NCBI GenBank assembly: GCA_015061495.1
Contig: SUWL01000004.1
Location: forward strand, 115-64,114
DNA: 64,000 nt
Direction: 5' to 3'
Source: Lentisphaerota bacterium
GTDB lineage: Bacteria > Verrucomicrobiota > Lentisphaeria > Victivallales > Victivallaceae
Every line of letters starts with the position of its first letter. Position 1 is the first letter of the stretch. Below are positions 26,856 to 35,666 of this stretch, in pieces. A program made the translations under genes and the position numbers. The notes below the pieces were generated by a model that did no database searches, had not been told where the DNA came from, and saw nothing but the letters and a program-made list of their open reading frames with translations.

Positions 26856-27790
26856 TGTACACCCCCATTGAGGAAAAAGATAACAAACAGCAGCGCCAGT
26901 ACCGGCATGATGGCGGCGGCGATCAGCAGTGAAGGGACTTTCAGGAAACGGAAACGTGCCATGGACGATTCAACGATGCCGGTCAATACCGCTATTGCGA
27001 TGATCCCTGCGAAAAAGAGTGCGGTTTCCTGCCAGACGGCAAAGACTCCGGGCGGGATCAGCAGCGAGGTGATGAATGCGGCAAAGATCCAGAGTTTCAA
27101 CGAGGAGGCGTACAAAATCGCCGCCAGATCCGTTCCGGAATAATCCAGGATCATCGCTTCGTGGATCATGGTCAATTCCAGGTGGGTCTCCGGATCGTCG
27201 AACGGCACCCGGCAGTTTTCCGCCAGCAGTACCAGAAACATCGCCAGTGCCGTCATCAGTACCGGTGTGAAATTCATCCATGAATCCACCCCCTGCGAGC
27301 AGAGCATTTGAGCAAGTTTCAGCGAATTTGCGGAGAGCGCCAGAAATGCCAGCACCGTAAATACTGCCACTTCCGCCAACGCCGAGAAGAATACCTCTCT
27401 GGCACTGCCCATACCTTCAAAACTCGATGCCGTATCCATTGCCGCCAGCACCGAAAAGATCCGGCAGGTGCCCAGCAGGTAAAAGAACAACAGCGCATCT
27501 CCGGCAAATCCGGCAGGTGATGCCGCTCCGCCCATCGGCAGCAGTGCGGCGGCGGTGATGGTAAATGCCAGAATCACTGACGGAGCGATACGGATGATCC
27601 CGCCGCTGCTTCGGGAGACGATCACCTCTTTTTTCAGCAGTTTCGCCAGGTCAAAGTACAACTGGATCAGCCGCGGACCTTTCCTGCCGGCGAAAAAGGC
27701 TTTGACTTTATTGATGATACCCGGCAGCAGCGGAGCGAAAAAGAGTGCCGCCGCCAATGCGGATATGTGACGAATAAGGGTGTTATCCAT
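26852..27790 (-). CDS. NuoH/HycD/HyfC-like membrane subunit
   Basis: From ATG 27790: MDNTLIRHISALAAALFFAPLLPGIINKVKAFFAGRKGPRLIQLYFDLAKLLKKE, a typical HycD/NuoH N-terminus. The 48 upstream codons of track ORF 26852..27934 overlap the preceding gene and are rejected. Confidence 0.82.
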   Translation of the reverse strand: MDNTLIRHISALAAALFFAPLLPGIINKVKAFFAGRKGPRLIQLYFDLAKLLKKEVIVSRSSGGIIRIAPSVILAFTITAAALLPMGGAASPAGFAGDALLFFYLLGTCRIFSVLAAMDTASSFEGMGSAREVFFSALAEVAVFTVLAFLALSANSLKLAQMLCSQGVDSWMNFTPVLMTALAMFLVLLAENCRVPFDDPETHLELTMIHEAMILDYSGTDLAAILYASSLKLWIFAAFITSLLIPPGVFAVWQETALFFAGIIAIAVLTGIVESSMARFRFLKVPSLLIAAAIMPVLALLFVIFFLNGGVQ

Positions 27791-27792
27791 GA

Positions 27793-29649
27793 TCAGTTGC
27801 CTCCTTTCACGGCAAAGATGATCATACCCAGCAGAGTCAGGACGATCACCAGCAGATAAAAATGCAGACTTCCGGACTGCAGTTGGTGGATCTTGTCGGC
27901 GGTAAAGGTGAAAAATTTGAATACCGGTGTCCACCAGGTGCGTAAACCGGCATCTTCGATATTTTCATCATACTCTGCGGTTCCGGAGAATATTCCCTGC
28001 GGCGGTGTGACCTTCTTGCGCGGGCGCAGGAGGAAACTGAAAAAATCCACCATGGTCGCCGTGAAAGAGGTAGCCGTATATGCCATTTTTGCCGACGGTT
28101 TTGCATAACCGCAATCCCAGGTGAGGGCGATCCGTTCCTGTTTTCTGCAGCCGTACACCCGCAGTATGATGAATATTCCCGTCAGCACGCTGGCGATAAA
28201 GGAAACCGCTCCGATCGATGCCGTAATACCGGCAAGTTCCATATATTGAGTTTCGTAATCCGGCATCAGATATCCGCCGGTTTTTTCGATGCCGTAAGGA
28301 ATCAGAAAGAGCATCAGACAGCCGGTCAGAAACAGAACGAATATGACCAGATTCATGAATGACGGAACTTCCTGCGCTTTTTCAGCGGCTTCGCTGCGTG
28401 GTTCACCGCAGAACGCGGTGCCGATGACTTTGGCAAATGCCGCTGCCGCCAGACCGCCGGTCAGCGCCAGCAGCACCAGTGCCGCCAGGGAAATCCACAT
28501 CAGCGGTGCATATCCGCTGCACAGTCCGGTAAATGCCGCATAGTAGATGAGAAATTCTCCGGCGAATCCGGCAAACGGCGGCAAGCCGCACAATCCCAGC
28601 GCGTGCAGAATGAAGTAACTTCCGGTACCGGGCATCCGTTTGAGCAGTCCGCCCATCTGATCCATATCCAGCGTGCCGGTCGCCTTGTAGACTGAACCTG
28701 CACCCAGAAAAAGTCCGCCTTTGAAAAGAGCATGGTTGAAAAGATGCACCAGAAAACCGCAAACCCCCGCCACGGTCATTGCCGGGAGCTGATATGCCAC
28801 TCCCAGAAAAGCGAATCCGGCGGCACAACTTAAAATTCCCATATTTTCGATACTGGAGTAGGCCAGCAGTTTTTTCAGGTTTTTCTGCGCCAGAGCAAAG
28901 ATGATCCCCGCCGGAGCGGAGATCATCCCCAGCCCCAGCAGTACCCAGCCGTAGAGGGCAAAGTCGCCGGTCATTTGAATGCCGAACCGGAAAATTCCGT
29001 AGAAGCCCAGTTCGATCATCGCTCCGGACATCAGCGCGGAAACCGGGGCGGGCGCCGCCGGGTGCGCTTCCGGCAGCCAGACGTGGAGCAGCGGGAAACC
29101 GATCTTCAACCCGAATCCCAGCAGCGCCAGCAGAAACATCCATCCCGGCGTGTACGGGAAGAAAAAGAGCAATATCAGAAATGCCGCTCCGGCATGACAG
29201 GCGATCATGTAGATCCAGCCGGCCCGACTGGAATTTTCATTGTGGCGGTCAAACAGCACGAGGGCAAAACTTGCCGCTCCCATGACCTCCCACGCCAGCA
29301 AAAAGGTGTATGCCGATCCGGCAAAAACCACCGTCAGCATCGCCGCTGCCGTCAGGTTGAAAAAACACCAGTAACTGCCGCTGCGTTCATCACCGTGACC
29401 TTTCAGATAGCCCACTGAATGGATCGCCGCCGCCAGTGTCAGGATCATGACCGGCAGGGCAAAGATGTCGGATGCGGTAAGAGGGATGCCGTTTTTGGTT
29501 CGCAGGATCATATCCACGATTCCGAAAATCATTCCGGCGGTGACAGAGAGCAAGCCGCATGAGGTTGCCGCTTTGGGCCATCTGCCGGACAGCCATGCCG
29601 CGGCTGCTCCTGCTGCAGCCAGCGTTGATGGCAGGTACAATGTATTCAC
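27793..29649 (-). CDS. NuoL/HyfB-like antiporter-type membrane subunit
   Basis: FPLLHVWLPEAHPAAPAPVSALMSG and LLAYSSIENMG. I choose GTG 29649 as the start. It is preceded by AGGAG 9 nt upstream. The predicted promoter -10 abuts ATG 29685, so that ATG would lie upstream of the transcription start. Confidence 0.8.
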   Translation of the reverse strand: MNTLYLPSTLAAAGAAAAWLSGRWPKAATSCGLLSVTAGMIFGIVDMILRTKNGIPLTASDIFALPVMILTLAAAIHSVGYLKGHGDERSGSYWCFFNLTAAAMLTVVFAGSAYTFLLAWEVMGAASFALVLFDRHNENSSRAGWIYMIACHAGAAFLILLFFFPYTPGWMFLLALLGFGLKIGFPLLHVWLPEAHPAAPAPVSALMSGAMIELGFYGIFRFGIQMTGDFALYGWVLLGLGMISAPAGIIFALAQKNLKKLLAYSSIENMGILSCAAGFAFLGVAYQLPAMTVAGVCGFLVHLFNHALFKGGLFLGAGSVYKATGTLDMDQMGGLLKRMPGTGSYFILHALGLCGLPPFAGFAGEFLIYYAAFTGLCSGYAPLMWISLAALVLLALTGGLAAAAFAKVIGTAFCGEPRSEAAEKAQEVPSFMNLVIFVLFLTGCLMLFLIPYGIEKTGGYLMPDYETQYMELAGITASIGAVSFIASVLTGIFIILRVYGCRKQERIALTWDCGYAKPSAKMAYTATSFTATMVDFFSFLLRPRKKVTPPQGIFSGTAEYDENIEDAGLRTWWTPVFKFFTFTADKIHQLQSGSLHFYLLVIVLTLLGMIIFAVKGGN

Positions 29650-29685
29650 TTTTTTGTTTCTCCTGTTTTTTTTGGATATTCTCAT

Positions 29686-29714
29686 AATATACAGCAAAAA
29701 CGGTTGATTTTCAA
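29686..29714 (-). promoter_or_regulatory. Near-consensus sigma70-type promoter for the hyf/ehr-like operon
   Basis: On the minus strand: TTGAAA (29714-29709), 17 nt, TATATT (29691-29686). Confidence 0.55.
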
Positions 29715-29964
29715 TCGCAACCGTGGTTTTCTGCGGTAAAACTGCGGGGAAAATTTGTGTGGAACCGCAACTGTTTTGGCAACGCGGGTATTTTGCGGCG
29801 GTTTTACCGTCTTTCCGCTTGAAAAATGTCGTTTCCATGGTATTTTATCAAACTGATCGTGATTTTTGCAGAAAAATATAAAATAATTACCGTTTTTTTT
29901 GCGTTATACCAAGTGTACACTGTAACTGTAATAAAATAATAAAGCAAGGGGATCTTTTATTTTT

Positions 29965-31971
29965 ATGAAAAATGCACTCAAATTGCTCGTGCCGCTGGCA
30001 GTTGTCATCATTATCGCCGGCGGATCATGGTGGGGATATAAAGCTTTTTACAAGGATAAAACCGAAATATCTTTCAAAACAGAGACAGTGACACTTGAAG
30101 ATCTCACCTCTTCGATCAGTGCTTCAGGAACGGTCGAACCGGAGGAGCTGATCAACGTCGGTGCGCAGGTGTCCGGCAAGATCATGGCTTTCGGCAAGGA
30201 CAGCGACGGCAATCCGGTGGATTACCGCTCTTACGTCAAAGCCGGTACGCTGCTTGCCCAGATCGACGATGTGCTTTACAAAGCGGCGCTGGACGAAGCG
30301 GAAGCCCGTCAGATCCAGGCGGAATCCTCCATCGTTTCGGCAAAATCTGTGATCGCTTCCGCTGAAGCATCGGTTGTTGCCGCCGATGTTTCCATCCGTC
30401 AGGCGAATGCCGATGTGACTTCTGCCAAAGCATCGCTTGCTTCCGCCCGGGCCGCACAGGATTCTGCCGAAGCATCGGTGGTTTCCGCCGGGGTGAATGT
30501 ACGTAAAGCGCAGATCGCGATCGCTTCCAATGAAGCGGCGATCACTTCTGCAAAAGCGACCCGGGATTCGGCAGCGGCATCGCTTGCCGCCAGCAAAACG
30601 GCGGTGGATGCCGCCAAAGCTTCGATCGCTTCGGCACAGGCATCCGTCGCTTCCGCCGAAGCCCGGATCATCTCCGCGCAAGCCGCTTGCGATCAGAGCG
30701 AAGCTAAATTCACTCTCGCCAAAAATGACTGGGAACGCGCCCAGGTGCTGCGCCGTCAAAAAGCCATGTCCAACAGTGATTACGACTCTTATTATGCTGA
30801 ATTTGTGTCCGCAAAAGCCTCCATCGCTTCTGCGCAAGCCGAGCTGGCAAATTCCAAAGCCAACCGGGATTCCGCCGCCGCCTCCCTCGCTTCCGCCCGC
30901 ACCGGTCTGGATAAAAGCACTGCCGATGTCGCCAAAGCCGAGGCAGAAATCAAACGCTGCGAAGCCGAAATCATCCGCGCCCAAAGCAATCTGGATAACG
31001 CTAAAGCCGAAGTGGAGCGCACTATGGCAGATAAAAAACGCTCCGAAGCGGAACTTGCCAACGCCAAAGCCGCAGTTGCCCGCGCCAATGCCGCATTGGA
31101 AAATTCCCTCGCCGGAGTCGCTAAAGCCCAGGCCGATAAAAAACGTGCCGAAGCCGCTCTGGCAGGAGCGCACTCCGATTTGAAATATTCAGAAGCACAA
31201 CTCAAAATCACCGCCGCTGAATTGATCAAGGCCCGCCGCAACCTCGATTACTGCGCCATCACCGCTCCGGTGGACGGCATTATCATCGACCGCCGGGTCA
31301 GCCTCGGACAGACGGTGGTTTCCAGCATGAGCGCATCCAGTATTTTCCTGATCGCCAAAGATTTGAAAAAGATGGAAGTCTGGGTTTCAGTCAATGAGGC
31401 CGATATCAGTCACATCCGCCCGGATATGGCTGCGGAATTTACCATTGATACATTCCCCGGTATGGTTTTTGAAGGCAAGGTCAAAAAAGTGCGCCTCAAT
31501 GCCACGATGTCCCAGAATGTGGTCACTTACATCGTTGAAGTTACCACCGACAACTCCGACGGCAAACTTATTCCCTATCTGACCGCCAATGTCAAATTCA
31601 TCCGGGAACGCCGGAAAAATGTGCTGACGGTTTCCAATGCCGCGTTGCGCTTCAAACCGGATGCCAAACTCATCGTTCCGGAATTCCGGGATAAGCAATT
31701 CGATGAAAAAGCCCGGATCGTCTACGTCGCCGAGGGCGAACTTCTCCGTCCGGTGGAGGTCAAAACCGGTCTGAATGCCGGGGGCAGAGTGGAATTGATC
31801 GATCCGCCTTTCAAAGAAGGAGATGTGATCGTCTACGGCGCTACGGAGATCTCCGCCGCCAAAAGTAAAGGTTCGGGAGATAAACGCAGCCCATTCATGC
31901 CCAAACCGGAAAATAACAAAGTCCGCGGCGGCGGTTCAGCTGCCAACCGCGCCCGGGCGCAGGGCAAGTGA
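29965..31971 (+). CDS. macA: Periplasmic adaptor (HlyD/MacA family) with a greatly extended Ala/Ser-rich coiled coil
   Basis: N-terminal TM helix. Lipoyl/barrel-sandwich halves (ISASGTVEPEELINVGAQVSGKI...VKAGTLLAQID and YCAITAPVDGIIIDRRVSLGQTV), then beta-barrel and MP domains. About 320 residues of coiled coil lie between the lipoyl halves. Confidence 0.85.
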   Translation: MKNALKLLVPLAVVIIIAGGSWWGYKAFYKDKTEISFKTETVTLEDLTSSISASGTVEPEELINVGAQVSGKIMAFGKDSDGNPVDYRSYVKAGTLLAQIDDVLYKAALDEAEARQIQAESSIVSAKSVIASAEASVVAADVSIRQANADVTSAKASLASARAAQDSAEASVVSAGVNVRKAQIAIASNEAAITSAKATRDSAAASLAASKTAVDAAKASIASAQASVASAEARIISAQAACDQSEAKFTLAKNDWERAQVLRRQKAMSNSDYDSYYAEFVSAKASIASAQAELANSKANRDSAAASLASARTGLDKSTADVAKAEAEIKRCEAEIIRAQSNLDNAKAEVERTMADKKRSEAELANAKAAVARANAALENSLAGVAKAQADKKRAEAALAGAHSDLKYSEAQLKITAAELIKARRNLDYCAITAPVDGIIIDRRVSLGQTVVSSMSASSIFLIAKDLKKMEVWVSVNEADISHIRPDMAAEFTIDTFPGMVFEGKVKKVRLNATMSQNVVTYIVEVTTDNSDGKLIPYLTANVKFIRERRKNVLTVSNAALRFKPDAKLIVPEFRDKQFDEKARIVYVAEGELLRPVEVKTGLNAGGRVELIDPPFKEGDVIVYGATEISAAKSKGSGDKRSPFMPKPENNKVRGGGSAANRARAQGK

Positions 31972-31981
31972 GGCTGAAATT

Positions 31982-32680
31982 ATGGCATTGATCGAACTTC
32001 ACGATATTACCAAAGATTATCCGCTGGGAGAATTGTCCATCCGGGTGCTTAAAGGGGTATCGCTCTCTATCGAACAGGGCGAGTATGTGGCTCTGATGGG
32101 TGCTTCCGGTTCCGGAAAAAGTACGCTGATGAATATTCTCGGCTGTCTTGACCGTCCCACGACCGGAGATTACTTCCTCGACGGTCAGGAACTTGGCAGG
32201 GCTTCCGGAGATGAACGCGCCAAAGTGCGCAACCGCAAAATCGGGTTCGTGTTTCAGAGTTTCAATTTGCTGCCCCGTACTTCGGCATTGGAAAATGTGA
32301 TCATGCCGCTGGCTTACACCTCCAATTTGTCCGCCGCCGAAAAAAGACGGCGGGGACTGGCGGCTTTGCAGGAGGTCGGTATCGGCGACCGGGTCGATCA
32401 CCATCCTTCACAGCTCTCCGGCGGACAGCAGCAGCGGGTTGCTATCGCCCGGGCTCTGATCAACCGCCCGCCGGTGATCTTCGCCGATGAACCTACCGGA
32501 AACCTCGATTCCAAAACCAGCGTGGAAGTTATGGATATGTTTGCCAAACTCAATTCCGAAGGGATCACCGTGATCCTCGTCACCCACTCGCAGGCAATCG
32601 CCAAATTCGCCAAACGTACTATCTGCATGAGTGACGGACAGATCGTTTCCGGACTTTTTGAAGGAGGGGTGTCGCAATGA
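31982..32680 (+). CDS. macB: MacB/LolD-type ABC transporter ATP-binding protein
   Basis: GASGSGKSTLMNILGCLDRPTTGDY, LSGGQQQRVAIARAL, IFADEPTGNLD. Confidence 0.92.
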   Translation: MALIELHDITKDYPLGELSIRVLKGVSLSIEQGEYVALMGASGSGKSTLMNILGCLDRPTTGDYFLDGQELGRASGDERAKVRNRKIGFVFQSFNLLPRTSALENVIMPLAYTSNLSAAEKRRRGLAALQEVGIGDRVDHHPSQLSGGQQQRVAIARALINRPPVIFADEPTGNLDSKTSVEVMDMFAKLNSEGITVILVTHSQAIAKFAKRTICMSDGQIVSGLFEGGVSQ

Positions 32681-34035
32681 GATTTTTAGGCACTGTTTTG
32701 ATGGCACTGCGTTCACTGCTGCGCAACCCGACGCGGACTTTGCTCACCATGCTGGGCATTATAATCGGTATCGCAGCGGTGATCACCATGATGGAGATCG
32801 GAGCCGGGTCGTCCTCCAGCATCCGCACGACCATTGAACAAATGGGGGCAGGTTCCGGAGTGGTTTATCCCGGCGTCCGCCGGGTCGCCGGGATCAAGGT
32901 CGGGGTGAATACCTGGACCAGACTGCTTCCGGCTGATGCCGAAGCTATTTTGCAGGAGTGCCCCCATGTGGCGCAGGTTTCCCCGGTGGTCGGCACCAGT
33001 TCGGCGCAGGCGGTATTCGGTTCGGAAAACTGGATCCCTGCCCAGATGTACGGTGTGGCTCCATCATACTTCAATATCCGGGACTGGCAGATCGAGGAAG
33101 GAAGATTTTTCAACGAACGGGAAGTCGGGATCAATGCCCGGGTCTGTCTGGTCGGAGCAACGATCGTCAAAGAACTTTTCGGCGGGGTTTCGCCGGTGGA
33201 TAATGAAATGCGTATCAACAACACCACATTCCGCATCATCGGCGTGCTTAAAAGCAAAGGCGCCAATATGATGGGCAGTGATGAAGATGACGTGATCCTC
33301 ATTCCGTGGACAACAATGCGGATGCGGATCACCGGTTTGCGCAACGGTTCGGCATCCAGTACGACCAGTTCGCTGGCGGACAAGCCCGGAGCGATCTTTC
33401 CGGTTTCCGGTGTGGCACTCTATCCGGAACAGGATTCGTCGCTGCGCAGTGACAAACTGCTGATCCCCAAATTCACCTACATCGATCAGATCGCATTTTC
33501 TGCGGTCGCTCCGGAAAAGATGAATCAGGCGATTGCCGAAATCACTGCTGTCCTCCGGGAAAGACACCAGCTGGTCGCCGCCCAGGATGATGACTTCCGG
33601 ATCCGTTCGGCAGCTGACTTTATGAAAATGATGAATAAGACCACTTCGCTGATGAATAATCTGCTGCTGGGTGTGGCACTGCTGTCACTGCTGGTAGGCG
33701 GCGTGGGCATCATGAATATCATGCTGGTTTCCGTTACGGAACGGACCCGGGAGATTGGTCTGCGCATGGCGGTCGGTGCCAGAAGCAAAGATATTCTCAA
33801 GCAGTTCCTTATCGAATCGGTGGTGATGTGTCTGGTCGGCGGGATCATCGGTATTTTAGTCGGTCACGGTGCATCGCTGTTTATTGAGAGCCAGCTGCAT
33901 TGGCCGGTGGAGAGCAGTCCGGGAGCGGTTATTGCCGCCTTTGCGGTTTCAGCGAGTATCGGCATGGTGTTCGGCTTTTATCCGGCATGGAAAGCTTCGC
34001 AGCTCGACCCGATCGAAGCATTGCGTTATGAATAA
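32677..34035 (+). CDS. MacB-type ABC permease (periplasmic core domain + FtsX 4-TM domain)
   Basis: 452 aa. N-terminal TM helix, a large periplasmic domain, and a C-terminal FtsX-like region (ERTREIGLRMAVGA...ILKQFLIES...YPAWKASQLDPIEALRYE). Confidence 0.88.
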   Translation: MRFLGTVLMALRSLLRNPTRTLLTMLGIIIGIAAVITMMEIGAGSSSSIRTTIEQMGAGSGVVYPGVRRVAGIKVGVNTWTRLLPADAEAILQECPHVAQVSPVVGTSSAQAVFGSENWIPAQMYGVAPSYFNIRDWQIEEGRFFNEREVGINARVCLVGATIVKELFGGVSPVDNEMRINNTTFRIIGVLKSKGANMMGSDEDDVILIPWTTMRMRITGLRNGSASSTTSSLADKPGAIFPVSGVALYPEQDSSLRSDKLLIPKFTYIDQIAFSAVAPEKMNQAIAEITAVLRERHQLVAAQDDDFRIRSAADFMKMMNKTTSLMNNLLLGVALLSLLVGGVGIMNIMLVSVTERTREIGLRMAVGARSKDILKQFLIESVVMCLVGGIIGILVGHGASLFIESQLHWPVESSPGAVIAAFAVSASIGMVFGFYPAWKASQLDPIEALRYE

Positions 34036-34049
34036 GAAGCGGGGGGGAT

Positions 34050-34709
34050 ATGTCATATAAAGGGGCAATTTTTGATTTGGACGGTACCGTGCTGGACAGC
34101 ATGGGGCTCTGGAGCAATCTCTGCCGCAATTTTTTGAAAAAACACGGCATCGATCAAAATCTGGACATCGACAAAAAGTTGGAAGTCCTCTCCATCCGCA
34201 GCGCATTGAAGTACATTTGTGAATTGTATCCGCAACTGGATATTTCGCTGGAAACCGCATGGCGGGAAACCATGGATGAAGTCGCGGAATTTTACCGGGA
34301 AAAGGTGCAGCTGCGCCCCGGGATCATGGCAATCATGCAAAAACTTGCCGCTGAAAATATCCCCGCCGGTATCGTTACTGCCACCGAGGGGGAATTGGTG
34401 AAACTGGCGTTGAAAAAGGTCGGATTGCAGGATCATTTCGCTGCCGGATTCTTGAGCTGTGCGGATCTGCATACCTCCAAAAAGCACCCGGATGTCTTTT
34501 TGATGATGGCTGAAAAATTACAGGCTTCCCCATCGGAAATCATCGTTTTTGAAGATGCTCTTTATGCGTCACTTACCGCTAAAAATGCCGGATTTTCATT
34601 GGCAGCCGTCTGTGATCCGTCGGAAAAAAATCCGGAGGATTTGCAGAAAATTGCCGACTGGTACTGCCGCTCATGGGAAGATTTCCCTTTGCAGGTATTG
34701 ACAAAATGA
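34050..34709 (+). CDS. HAD-superfamily hydrolase (beta-phosphoglucomutase-like subfamily IA)
   Basis: Motif I IFDLDGTVLDS, motif II VTAT, and a C-terminal FEDALYASLTAKNAGF. Confidence 0.8.
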   Translation: MSYKGAIFDLDGTVLDSMGLWSNLCRNFLKKHGIDQNLDIDKKLEVLSIRSALKYICELYPQLDISLETAWRETMDEVAEFYREKVQLRPGIMAIMQKLAAENIPAGIVTATEGELVKLALKKVGLQDHFAAGFLSCADLHTSKKHPDVFLMMAEKLQASPSEIIVFEDALYASLTAKNAGFSLAAVCDPSEKNPEDLQKIADWYCRSWEDFPLQVLTK

Positions 34710-35662
34710 CCTGTATGAAAGCGGCACGGAACAAAACCATCGATATCACCGTTGATGCGGGCAGGGAATATCTGGCAAGAGCTCTGCAGATCTCATCTGC
34801 CGTGACGGTTCCGGAGATCATTGACCGGACAGTGTATGGAGATTTTTTTGAAACAGTGCCGTTTCTGCCGTCAAATTTTGTGGATCTGCTGATCGCCGAT
34901 CCGCCGTACAATTTGGATAAAGACTTCCACGGCAGCCGCTTCAAACAGAGCAGTAACGAGGAGTACGAAAAGTATACCGAATCATGGGTCAGAGCGGTTT
35001 TGCCATTGCTCAAGGAAAATGCTTCGGTTTATGTCTGCTGTGACTGGCTTTCCAGTCCGGCGGTGTTTCAGGTACTGAAAAAGTATTTTCATGTCCGCAA
35101 CCGGATCACCTGGCAGCGGGAAAAGGGGCGTGGTGCAGGAGCCAACTGGAAAAATTGTCTGGAAGATATCTGGTTCGCAACTGTCAGCGGTACTTACACA
35201 TTCAATGCTGATGCAGTGAAACTCCGCCGCAAAGTCATTGCTCCGTACAAGTCGGACGGTTCGCCCAAAGGTTGGGAAGAGACACCACAGGGCAAGTTCC
35301 GGAACACCTGCGCATCGAATTTCTGGGATGATATATCCATTCCATATTGGTCGATGGCGGAAAATACCGCTCATCCCACGCAAAAACCGGAAAAACTGCT
35401 TGCCAAACTGATCCTCGCCAGTTCCAATCCCGGTGATGTGGTATTTGATCCATTTGCCGGATCGGGTTCCACACTGGTGGCAGCGAAAAAACTTGACCGC
35501 CATTACGCCGGAATCGAAAAAAATGCCCAATATTGTGTCTGGACTGAAAAACGTCTGGAAATGGCGGAAACCGATTCCTCTATCCAAGGTTATTCCGACG
35601 GCGTTTTCTGGGAACGCAACACTTCGGCTTACCAGAAACGTTCAGCTTCCGGCAAGTCGTGA
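34706..35662 (+). CDS. DNA methyltransferase, beta-class (probably N6-adenine; N4-cytosine not excluded)
   Basis: Motif IV LLIADPPYNL precedes motif I VFDPFAGSGSTLVAA, which is the beta-class order. ATG 34706 overlaps the HAD stop (ATGA). The track ORF starts at 34673. Confidence 0.85.
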   Translation: MTCMKAARNKTIDITVDAGREYLARALQISSAVTVPEIIDRTVYGDFFETVPFLPSNFVDLLIADPPYNLDKDFHGSRFKQSSNEEYEKYTESWVRAVLPLLKENASVYVCCDWLSSPAVFQVLKKYFHVRNRITWQREKGRGAGANWKNCLEDIWFATVSGTYTFNADAVKLRRKVIAPYKSDGSPKGWEETPQGKFRNTCASNFWDDISIPYWSMAENTAHPTQKPEKLLAKLILASSNPGDVVFDPFAGSGSTLVAAKKLDRHYAGIEKNAQYCVWTEKRLEMAETDSSIQGYSDGVFWERNTSAYQKRSASGKS

Positions 35663-35666
35663 GGAT

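Noticed and set aside
34706-35662. The methyltransferase as part of a restriction-modification or other defence island.
   Set aside because: The neighbours are a HAD hydrolase and glycan-catabolic genes. No endonuclease, specificity subunit, helicase or nuclease domain gene lies within several kb.
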